Shown here piece by piece: positions 1 to 7,676 of a stretch of DNA of 10,462 nucleotides. Position 1 is the first letter of the stretch. Each line of letters starts with the position of its first letter. The notes under the pieces were generated by a model. It ran no database searches. It saw nothing but the letters and a program-made list of their open reading frames with translations, and was not told where the DNA came from. Origin of the DNA: Thermoproteota archaeon (GTDB taxonomy: Archaea > Korarchaeota > Korarchaeia > B14-G2); contig JAVCBW010000031.1 of assembly GCA_037917675.1 (NCBI GenBank), positions 1-10,462 on the forward strand, in the 5' to 3' direction. The translations under genes and the position numbers were made by a program.

Positions 1-12
1 GAGTGGGATGTA

Positions 13-933
13 GTGGAGGTGGTTTTTCATGGGAGGGGAGGGCAGGGAGTCGTCATTGCAAGCGAGCTATTGGCACAGGCTGCTTACATAGAGGGCTTTA
101 AGGAAGTCCAAGCCTTCCCATCCTTCGGACCCGAGCGAAGAGGAGCCCCGATCCAAGCCTTTACAAGAATAGCGAGGAAGCACATCCGCGTAGTTTCCCA
201 AATCTACAATCCCGATGTTGTAGTAGTCATAGACCCCCTACTACCCAAGTTCATTGAGGTAAGCAGAGGCCTGAAAAGCAGAGGCCACCTCATACTCAAT
301 ACCCCTCAGGCATCTACAGAGTATCCTGTAAGAGAGGATATCATAGTAGCTACTGTAGATGCAGGTAGCATAGCCAATGAACTTGGCCTTAAAATCGGAG
401 GAGCGCCAGTCTATAACTCGCAGATGCTCGGGGCACTCTGTAAAGCTACAGGCTTATGCAGCCTAGACTCTCTTATAAAGGCCATCCTCTCAAGGCTTAA
501 AGGCCAGATTGGGAAGTTAAATGCCAAAGCAGCTAAAATGGCATATGAAAGAACGCAAGTCAGAGGTCTCTTAAGGAAAGTGGATAGGGCAAGGTTTTCA
601 TCAATGACACCTCTTAAAGAGCTCCATTCGCTTCAAGAAAAGGAGGTTATTGAAGCCCTTAGAAGACGCAGGCTACCCTTCCTCCCACTATCCCTTCCAG
701 ATAGGGAGCCTGCTGGCGCAACTGGTTTATGGCGAAGCTACCGCCCAGCATTGAGCAGAGATAGATGTAAGAAGTGCATGCTATGCTGGCTATACTGCCC
801 AGATGCCGCCATAGAAAGGGGTGACGACGGATATCCACAGATAGACTACAGGGTCTGCAAGGGATGTGGCATATGTGCACATGAATGTCGCTTTAATGCA
901 ATAGAGCTAATCAGCGAACTTGAAGGTGGCTGA
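13..933 (+). CDS. 2-oxoacid:ferredoxin oxidoreductase gamma subunit fused to the 2x[4Fe-4S] delta subunit (PorC/PorD-like fusion)
   Basis: N-terminal gamma motifs FHGRGGQG and FPSFGPERRGAP. C-terminal delta part GLWRSYRP followed by CKKCMLCWLYCP and CKGCGICAHEC. The frame is open from base 1 (EWDV before GTG 13), so the true start could lie slightly upstream of the window. Confidence 0.93.
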   Translation: MEVVFHGRGGQGVVIASELLAQAAYIEGFKEVQAFPSFGPERRGAPIQAFTRIARKHIRVVSQIYNPDVVVVIDPLLPKFIEVSRGLKSRGHLILNTPQASTEYPVREDIIVATVDAGSIANELGLKIGGAPVYNSQMLGALCKATGLCSLDSLIKAILSRLKGQIGKLNAKAAKMAYERTQVRGLLRKVDRARFSSMTPLKELHSLQEKEVIEALRRRRLPFLPLSLPDREPAGATGLWRSYRPALSRDRCKKCMLCWLYCPDAAIERGDDGYPQIDYRVCKGCGICAHECRFNAIELISELEGG

Positions 934-934
934 G

Positions 935-2119
935 ATGGATAAGATCCTTCTGCTAACTGGCAATTACGCAGCAGCATATGCTGCTAAGGCAGCTAGAGTT
1001 GAGGTGATCGCAGCTTACCCCATAACCCCCCAGACACCTGTCGTTGAGAAGCTCTCCGAATTCTGTGAGAGAGGAGAGTTAAAAGCTGAGTTCATACATG
1101 CTGAAAGCGAGCACTCAGCGATGACTGCTATAATAGCTGCAGCATCAGCAGGAGCCAGGACATTTACAGCTACATCCTCTCAAGGGCTTGCATTGATGCA
1201 TGAGATGCTACACTATGCAGCAGGTGGAAGGCTTCCCATCTGCCTGTATGTCGCGAACAGAGCCTTAGCACTGCCCTGGAGCATATGGTGCGACCACCAA
1301 GACTCAATATCACAGAGAGACACGGGATGGATGCAGTTCTATGTGGAAAGCTGCCAGGAGCTATTCGACACAATACTAATGGCATATAGGATAGCTGAAG
1401 ACAAAGATATCCTGCTACCTATAATGGTATGTGCCGACGGCTTCATACTCTCACATAGACTAATGCCAGTAGAGATCCCGGATCAAAGTGAAGTAGACAA
1501 CTTCCTGCCACCATATGTACCTGAAATCAAACTCAGCCCAGAGAACCCCATACTATATGGGAGCGGTGTGCCGCCAGCATGGTATGCTGAGTATAAGTTC
1601 CTACAGCAGCAGGCAATGCTTAGAGCAAAGGAAAAGATAAGAGAGGTGTGCAAAGAGTTCGAGGAGAGGTTCGGGAGGTTCCATGGCACACTGATAGAAG
1701 AGTATAGGTGCGAGGACGCTGACGTAGTGCTGGTGAGCATGGGCTCCCTGGCGCTACAAGCTAAGATGGTAGTAGACGAGATGCGCAGCGAGGGATACAG
1801 GGTTGGAGCTGTAAAGCTGAGAGTGCTTCGCCCATTTCCAGCTGAAGACTTCAGGAGGCTTGCTAAGCAGGTCAAGGCATTCGCGGTTGTCGACCGAAAC
1901 ATATCATTCGGCTCTGCAGGCGTAGCCTTCACAGAAATCAAAGCTGCACTATATGAAGTAGATGAGCGCCCCCTGGTAAAGGGCTACATAATGGGCTTAG
2001 GTGGAAGAGACGTAAGACCAGAACACCAGTGCCTGATACTACTGAAAACCCTCAAGGAGCTGGAGAGAGGCTCAATAGGTGTGGAATGCGAGTGGATAGG
2101 CTTTAAAGAACCAGGGTGA
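935..2119 (+). CDS. porA: 2-oxoacid (pyruvate/2-ketoisovalerate family):ferredoxin oxidoreductase alpha subunit
   Basis: Motifs AAYPITPQT, ESEHSA, TFTATSSQGLALMHE, NRAL..P..IW.DHQD, RPFP, GLGGRD. Start placed at ATG 935, 1 nt after the upstream TGA, with GGTGG at 925-929 (the ORF track starts at TTG 920). The symbol is family-level and the substrate is not established. Confidence 0.93.
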   Translation: MDKILLLTGNYAAAYAAKAARVEVIAAYPITPQTPVVEKLSEFCERGELKAEFIHAESEHSAMTAIIAAASAGARTFTATSSQGLALMHEMLHYAAGGRLPICLYVANRALALPWSIWCDHQDSISQRDTGWMQFYVESCQELFDTILMAYRIAEDKDILLPIMVCADGFILSHRLMPVEIPDQSEVDNFLPPYVPEIKLSPENPILYGSGVPPAWYAEYKFLQQQAMLRAKEKIREVCKEFEERFGRFHGTLIEEYRCEDADVVLVSMGSLALQAKMVVDEMRSEGYRVGAVKLRVLRPFPAEDFRRLAKQVKAFAVVDRNISFGSAGVAFTEIKAALYEVDERPLVKGYIMGLGGRDVRPEHQCLILLKTLKELERGSIGVECEWIGFKEPG

Positions 2120-2125
2120 TCACCC

Positions 2126-3013
2126 ATGAAAATACTAGGGCTGCCTGGAGAGGAGATCCTAGCCCCTGGTAGAGCATGCGCAGGCTGTGGAAGCTATCTA
2201 GCACTAAGGCATGTGCTTAAGGCACTCGGCAGGAACACGATGCTAGTAGTGAATCCGGGCTGCATGGCAGTTTCAAGGGGAGCATTTCCCAAATACAGCT
2301 ACCACGTCCCAACACACTACACTGCATTTACAAGTGGCGCAGCCGCAGCAGAAGGCCTAGCTGCTGCCTTAAAGGCGAAGGGGATTGAAGATATCACGGT
2401 AGCTGCCTGGATAGGGGACGGTGGGACAGCTGACATAGGATTCCACTCGCTATCTGGTGCTGCAGAGAGGAGAGCAGACATCATCTACATCTGCTATGAC
2501 AATGAAAGCTACATGAATACAGGAGGCCAGAGATCCGGCTCAACCCCCATAACTGCAAGAACCACCACAACCCCAATACTCGGGAAGAAGCAGCCAAAGA
2601 AGCTCCTCCCAATCATCATGGCAATGCACGGCGTCTCATACGTCGCCACAGCATGCGTATCATACCCACATGACCTCTACAGAAAAGTGAAGAAAGCAAA
2701 GGAAAAGAAGGGCACCCTAAGATACATACATATACTCTGTCCATGCCCCCCAGGCTGGGGTTACGAATCCAGCAGAACCATAGAAGTCGGGAGACTAGCA
2801 GTAGAGACTGGAATGTGGATACTCTACGAGATCGAAGATGGGAAGCTTAAGCTAACAGGCCCCAGCAGCAGGCTAGCTGACCCAAGAAAGAGAAAGCCTA
2901 TCGATCAGTACCTTAAGCTCCAAAAAAGGTTCATTCCATTAAATGAGGAAGCAGTCAGGAAAATAAGAGAATGGGTAGATTTCCAGTGGAAAACCATAGC
3001 TAAACTAGGGTAA
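2126..3013 (+). CDS. porB: 2-oxoacid:ferredoxin oxidoreductase beta subunit (TPP-binding, [4Fe-4S])
   Basis: CAGCG, NPGC and CPCPPGW cluster cysteines. TPP motif GDGGTADIG...YDNESYMNTGGQRS. RBS GGTGA at 2115-2119 overlaps the alpha stop codon. The symbol is family-level. Confidence 0.93.
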   Translation: MKILGLPGEEILAPGRACAGCGSYLALRHVLKALGRNTMLVVNPGCMAVSRGAFPKYSYHVPTHYTAFTSGAAAAEGLAAALKAKGIEDITVAAWIGDGGTADIGFHSLSGAAERRADIIYICYDNESYMNTGGQRSGSTPITARTTTTPILGKKQPKKLLPIIMAMHGVSYVATACVSYPHDLYRKVKKAKEKKGTLRYIHILCPCPPGWGYESSRTIEVGRLAVETGMWILYEIEDGKLKLTGPSSRLADPRKRKPIDQYLKLQKRFIPLNEEAVRKIREWVDFQWKTIAKLG

Positions 3014-3027
3014 ACTAAAAGTGAAAA
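3012..3027 (-). terminator. Putative oligo-T terminator of the acd-CoA-transferase-larA operon
   Basis: The minus strand reads TTTTCACTTTTAGTTT about 40-55 nt after the larA stop codon, resembling an archaeal U-rich terminator. Confidence 0.4.
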
Positions 3028-3069
3028 GCTTCAGTACTATAGGGCAGCAGAAAGTAGCAGCTGCTAGGG

Positions 3070-4362
3070 CTAGCTGCGTTGGCCTTCTACAGTAGGGACT
3101 GTCGAAAAGCCATGTGGAGCAACGTATACCCTGGCGTCTCCCCCTACTATCTGGAGTGCTTTCTCTAATGCTTCTTGTAGGTCTCGAGCTGGGATCATGT
3201 TCATCTCTCTCAGTGTGCTCTCAGGGATCTCTGATCCTGCTATTATCACGTGTGCGTGTGCTAGTATTTTTGCCATGATATAGGGCTTGTGTGCTCCTAG
3301 AGCTTGAGACTTCCTCAGGTCATCTAAGACCTCCTGTGGGCTTCTATTCCTCATCTGCTCATAGAAGGTCTTGCTTCCGACGCCATCCTGGCACTTAGCC
3401 GGTATTATTATGACCCCTCCACGCCTTACAGCTGGCCTTGAGGTGAGTATGAAGTTATTTGCTGCACGTGTAGCCTGATATAGGTTGATGTCCTTAGGGT
3501 AGCCTGGTGCTGATATCACGATGTCTGCAGGCTCTCTGATTGAGGCCACGTATATCCTGCTATAGGTTTCAATGAGCTTCCTATGTACCTCCATGAAGCT
3601 TCCTGCTGCCACGTCAACTACATCATCTTGGCTGTTTAAGACGACGTTGACTGTAAAGTCTACTCCAGTCTTCTGAGCAGCTTCAGCTATATCCCTATAA
3701 ACAGGGTTGCTTCCTGTCTCACAGAGCTTGACGCTAGGGTGGTCTAGTAGCTCTGGTCTATGGGTAGCTGCTATGGTCTCTAGCCCTGAGACTCCTGGCA
3801 AAATGCTTTTTCCTCCTCCACTATACCCTGCGATCACATGTGCCTCAACTACTCCTGTTGTCACCTTTACATCAGCTTCCACGACAGCTCTATTCAAGTG
3901 TAGTGGAGCTTTCAAGCAGCTTGACTTACCCATGTACACTAGGCTCTCAGGCTGCTGGCTGTGATTAACAACTTCTACTAGCTCAGCTACATCTCTCCCA
4001 AACCTCCTAGCTATCTCAGCTTTTGTCATCGGCCTGTGCATGCCTAGCGCTATTACGACTGTGATGTCTTCTCTTCTTACACCTGCCTCTCTGAGCTCAC
4101 TTAGTATGGCTGGGACTATGATGTGCTCTGGGCATCTCCTTGTTAGGTCGGTAGCTACTATGGCTACTTTGTCTCCTCTCCTAGCTATCTTGGAGAGCCT
4201 CCTACACCCAGCTGGCCTAGCTAGAGCCTGCTTGATAGCCTCTCTCCCATCAGGTACAGCTGGCAGATCTCGAGGCTTAATTACGCCTGCAAAGTTCCTT
4301 CTCGGTATCTCAACCTCTATGCTCTCCTTTCCAAATGGGACTCTTACCCTAATGCTGCTCAT
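3070..4362 (-). CDS. larA: LarA-family nickel-pincer-nucleotide-dependent 2-hydroxyacid racemase/epimerase (substrate possibly not lactate)
   Basis: 430 aa. D72-x-x-R75 (TDLTR), ALGMH109R, H175..AGYSGGGK185SILPG, H201 and GYPKDINLY295Q296 match in order and spacing the Asp72/Arg75/His108/His174/Lys184/His200/Tyr294/Gln295 of L. plantarum LarA. RBS AAGGAG overlaps the upstream TAA (4369-4371). Confidence 0.92.
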   Translation of the reverse strand: MSSIRVRVPFGKESIEVEIPRRNFAGVIKPRDLPAVPDGREAIKQALARPAGCRRLSKIARRGDKVAIVATDLTRRCPEHIIVPAILSELREAGVRREDITVVIALGMHRPMTKAEIARRFGRDVAELVEVVNHSQQPESLVYMGKSSCLKAPLHLNRAVVEADVKVTTGVVEAHVIAGYSGGGKSILPGVSGLETIAATHRPELLDHPSVKLCETGSNPVYRDIAEAAQKTGVDFTVNVVLNSQDDVVDVAAGSFMEVHRKLIETYSRIYVASIREPADIVISAPGYPKDINLYQATRAANNFILTSRPAVRRGGVIIIPAKCQDGVGSKTFYEQMRNRSPQEVLDDLRKSQALGAHKPYIMAKILAHAHVIIAGSEIPESTLREMNMIPARDLQEALEKALQIVGGDARVYVAPHGFSTVPTVEGQRS

Positions 4363-4368
4363 CTCTCC

Positions 4369-5907
4369 TTAGGGTAGCATGGAGCCTTTCTCCATGTACC
4401 TGATATGCCAGGAGAAGGCTTCACTCAGGATGTGAGGCATGTGCCCTCCTACCTCCATACAGGCTTTCTCAAAGTACTTTAGTAGCTCATCCCTATAGTC
4501 TGGGTGGGCGCACTTCTCTATTATTTCTCTAGCTCTCTCTCTAGGAGATTTTCCTCTCAGGTCAGCGTATCCGTGCTCTGTGACTATCACATCGACATCA
4601 TGGTCTGGTATGTCAACATGGGTTACCATAGGCACTATCCTAGAGATTTTTCCTCCTCTAGTGGTTGAGGAGAGCAGGTATATTGCTAGATGAGATGCTC
4701 TAGCGAATTCTGGTGAGCCTCCTACACCATTCACTACCCTGCTACCGAGGACATGTGTAGCGTTCACGAAGCCATATATGTCGACTTCTATAGCCTGGTT
4801 CATGGCTATGACTCCTAGCCTCCTTATGACCTCATGATTGTTAGTGACTTCAATAGGCCTCAGAACTATCTTCTGCTTATACTCGCTAATGCCATCTACG
4901 AACTTTCTCATCAAGTTCTCTTCCCATGGCGGTATGTATAAGACTGCTCCAGACATGCATGAGAGCTTCCCGCTATCTATCATCTCTATATACCTGCATT
5001 GAGCTACCTCAGTCCAGACCTCTAAGCTCTCGAATTCTGATTCCTCTAGTAAGCTTGCTATGGTGTCTCCGATAGGTCCTATTCCAGTCTGTATCGGCAG
5101 CAGCTTCCTGCTAAGCCTCCCCTTCTCTAGCTCGCTATGCAGGAACTCCATCAAGTTCTCAACTATCTTGACATCAGTGTCTGTTGGCTTACCATAGTAT
5201 ACCTCACGCTCTGTCATCTTTGACTCGACTATTGCAGCTATCTTCTCAGGCTTACACTCAATGTAGGGGACTCCAATCCTCTGGTCGACTCTAGTCAGCG
5301 AGATAGGCTCTGACTCTGGTGGCATCTTGCCGAAGTATACGTCGTGTATTCCCTCTATGTCCATGGGCTTTGTCATGTTGATCTCAACTACTATTCTCCT
5401 CGCTAGCTTGACTATGGTTGGCATTATGTCCACAGATAGGCTAGGGACTATGGAGCCATCTTCTCTGATGGATACAGCCTCTACCACAGCTAGGTCTATA
5501 GGCCCACACGTGTCCTCGAGGAACCCAGCTCTAAGTGCATAGTTGAACTCACCGAGAGCTAAGTCATAGTACTGTACTTCACCTGCATCTATCTTCTTTC
5601 TTATCACAGGGTTGTTCTGGTATGTGTATCTCCTGCTGACTGCGTCAACCTTAGCTAGGGAGCCATCTAGCTCAGGTGCAGCAGAGCCCACAGTATAGAT
5701 GTTGAGCTTGAACTTCTCGCCGCTCTCTTCAACATACTTAGCTAATGTGACTGGCAGGACTTTAGGTGTGCTCATCTGAGCCATGCCACTCCATGCTACA
5801 GTGCCCTTCCTAGGCACGATGTGCCTGACTACGTCTACTGGGTCCATCACTATGCTATGGAGCTCTCTACACCTTACTCTCTCTTCGATAGCACTCAAGG
5901 CTAGCAC
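4369..5907 (-). CDS. Family I CoA-transferase / acetyl-CoA hydrolase (Ach1/Cat1/AarC, succinate CoA-transferase-like)
   Basis: 512 aa. Motifs PELDG, EGIHDVY, LPIQTGIGPIG, WTE300VAQ (catalytic Glu position), AIEVDIYGFVN, NGVGGS.EFAR, SRIVPMVTHVD, VTEHGYADLRGKSPRERA and CAHPDYR. An alternative start is TTG at 5898, preceded by GCGGTG. Confidence 0.92.
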   Translation of the reverse strand: MLALSAIEERVRCRELHSIVMDPVDVVRHIVPRKGTVAWSGMAQMSTPKVLPVTLAKYVEESGEKFKLNIYTVGSAAPELDGSLAKVDAVSRRYTYQNNPVIRKKIDAGEVQYYDLALGEFNYALRAGFLEDTCGPIDLAVVEAVSIREDGSIVPSLSVDIMPTIVKLARRIVVEINMTKPMDIEGIHDVYFGKMPPESEPISLTRVDQRIGVPYIECKPEKIAAIVESKMTEREVYYGKPTDTDVKIVENLMEFLHSELEKGRLSRKLLPIQTGIGPIGDTIASLLEESEFESLEVWTEVAQCRYIEMIDSGKLSCMSGAVLYIPPWEENLMRKFVDGISEYKQKIVLRPIEVTNNHEVIRRLGVIAMNQAIEVDIYGFVNATHVLGSRVVNGVGGSPEFARASHLAIYLLSSTTRGGKISRIVPMVTHVDIPDHDVDVIVTEHGYADLRGKSPRERAREIIEKCAHPDYRDELLKYFEKACMEVGGHMPHILSEAFSWHIRYMEKGSMLP

Positions 5908-5914
5908 CGCATTC

Positions 5915-7453
5915 TTAGAATATTATGTCTTCCCTCACCCAGCTTGGTATCATCTTATAGTACTCTGGTGGGTTAGCTTTGCTGAGCCCCTCATAGGTTG
6001 CTCTAGCTAGTATTATCTGCTTTGTTCTAGGATGCCTGTAGAGGGACACGAGCTTCTTCTCCTCTAGGCTCTGAAGCACCTTATCTAGCTCCTCGTCACT
6101 AACCTGAAGCTCCTCCTTCAGCTCATCTCTACTCATGTGCAGCCCTGGATTAACTCTATAGTATTCAGCTAGCACTTTCAGCAGCTTCTCCTCAAGAGGC
6201 CCTGAACTACCATACAGTGGCTTAACCCTCTTCAGATATGGTATCGGCATCTTGAGCTCTTCATCCATGTACCTCCATGGCGGCTTAAACTCCTCAGCCA
6301 TCCTCCTCACTCCCTGCCTTGCGATTATAACCTTCATTATCTCATTTGTCCCAGCTATTATGGGATATATCTTCGAGTTCCTGTAGTATAGCTCAGCTGG
6401 ATAATACCTGGTCCATCCATCTCCTCCCATCACCTGGACAGCTCCTATAGCAACTTCCTGGAAAGCCTCAGCGTTGAACATCTTAGCTATCGTCGCCTCT
6501 AGCACAGCTTCCTCTCCTCTATCTATCAGGTAGGCTGCATAGAAGGTGAGCAGCCTAGCTGTCCTATACCTCCAGAGCATGTCTGCTATCTTGAACTGGT
6601 TCTCCTGTATATAGAATGTTGGCTGCCCGAACTGTACTCTCCTCTGTGAGTGGTATATTGCATTTCTGATGGCTTCACGCATCTGCCCTAATGTCCCAGC
6701 CGATGAGATCGTCCTCTCAACATTAAGCCCACTGACTAGTATACGCCAGCCATCACCCTCCTCACCAAGCCTGTTCTCAGCTGGCACCCTCACATCATCT
6801 ATATCGAGGTACCCGTTATAGAGGCCATCCCACCCGCAAAGCTCGTTTATCCTCTCAACTGTGAGCCCTGGCATCCCCTTCTCGAGTATGAAGGCTGTCA
6901 AGTGCCTGTACTGGGCTTTATCCTTAGGGTCATCACTTGTCTTTGCATAAGTCATGTAGATGTCAGCTAAACCCGCGTTTGTTATGAACCTCTTCTTGCC
7001 CTTAAGTACGTACTCGTCTCCATCCCTCACAGCTACAGTCTCTATGGAAGCTGCATCTGATCCTACAAACGGCTCTGTTATCGTTATAGCCCCAATGAGC
7101 TTCCCCTCAGCTATCTTAGGAACCCACTTCCTCTTCTGCTCCTCTGTACCCCAGTGTAAGATCTGCTCCAAACCTCCAAACATCGTAGTCGTATATACAT
7201 GTGACACTATACCTATGCGTGAAAGCCCCTCAACTACTATGCAGGCGCCTGTGACTCCAAGCCCCATCCCACCATACTCCTCAGGAACCATAGCCCCAAA
7301 CCAGCCTCTCTTAGCAACCATATCTATGAGGTCAAGAGGCAGCTCCCTCCTCAGGCTGGCTTTAACACCTCTCGGAATCATCTCGTCAGCAAACTCGTGG
7401 ACCTCCTTACAAAGCTGCCTATGGGCATCAGACCACCATGGAAAAGGCTCCAT
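5915..7453 (-). CDS. Acyl-CoA dehydrogenase (IVD/LCAD-type catalytic Glu) with a ~130-aa C-terminal extension containing a winged-helix-like domain
   Basis: ACAD motifs PEEYGGMG, TEPFVGSD, GKKRFITNA, RRVQFGQP, VQVMGGDG and IIAGTNEI. The ACAD core ends near residue 382 but the protein continues to residue 512. RBS GAGGTGG at 7464-7458. Confidence 0.92.
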   Translation of the reverse strand: MEPFPWWSDAHRQLCKEVHEFADEMIPRGVKASLRRELPLDLIDMVAKRGWFGAMVPEEYGGMGLGVTGACIVVEGLSRIGIVSHVYTTTMFGGLEQILHWGTEEQKRKWVPKIAEGKLIGAITITEPFVGSDAASIETVAVRDGDEYVLKGKKRFITNAGLADIYMTYAKTSDDPKDKAQYRHLTAFILEKGMPGLTVERINELCGWDGLYNGYLDIDDVRVPAENRLGEEGDGWRILVSGLNVERTISSAGTLGQMREAIRNAIYHSQRRVQFGQPTFYIQENQFKIADMLWRYRTARLLTFYAAYLIDRGEEAVLEATIAKMFNAEAFQEVAIGAVQVMGGDGWTRYYPAELYYRNSKIYPIIAGTNEIMKVIIARQGVRRMAEEFKPPWRYMDEELKMPIPYLKRVKPLYGSSGPLEEKLLKVLAEYYRVNPGLHMSRDELKEELQVSDEELDKVLQSLEEKKLVSLYRHPRTKQIILARATYEGLSKANPPEYYKMIPSWVREDIIF

Positions 7454-7481
7454 ATATCCACCTCAAGGCACCATAAACCCC

Positions 7482-7500
7482 TATATTAAAACATTTCTTT
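7482..7500 (-). promoter_or_regulatory. Archaeal BRE + TATA promoter for the acd operon
   Basis: The minus strand reads AAAGAAATG-TTTTAATATA, a purine-rich BRE followed by a TATA box about 30 nt upstream of the ATG at 7453. Confidence 0.65.
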
Positions 7501-7655
7501 AAGAAGCCTTTCCTACCTCATACACAGCATGATGGCAGTCCCCTACATGCCTAAACCAATGCTTCTCAGCTCCTCACCATCCTGGCACATACCTAGGTAG
7601 CTCGAATACCTTTTCTCAGGCTAGAGAAGGCTAGTATGTATTCTCTGCTCTCAAG

Positions 7656-7676
7656 ATGCCATCTAGGAGATGGTAT
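7656..7676. repeat. Imperfect inverted repeat in the middle of the divergent intergenic region (candidate operator or hairpin)
   Basis: ATGCCATCT-AGG-AGATGGTAT: 8 of 9 arm positions are complementary, and the ninth is a G.U pair as RNA. Confidence 0.4.

Noticed and set aside
659-1941. Minus-strand ORFs 659-880, 1170-1385 and 1483-1941
   Set aside because: They lie entirely antisense to well-supported OFOR genes, have no recognisable motifs and show shadow-ORF composition.
13-3013. Assignment as oxalate oxidoreductase because of the gamma-delta fusion
   Set aside because: The alpha subunit has YPITP, not the YPIRP arginine characteristic of oxalate oxidoreductase.
6340-6365. ACAD as a catalytically dead pseudoenzyme (no Glu in the IYEGT motif)
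   Set aside because: The alternative helix-G glutamate (E246) is present, as in IVD and LCAD.
3707-7502. Plus-strand ORFs 3707-3964, 4040-4372, 5327-5542, 5783-6010 and 6960-7502
   Set aside because: Ser/Thr/Pro-rich antisense shadows of larA, the CoA-transferase and acd, with no recognisable family motifs.
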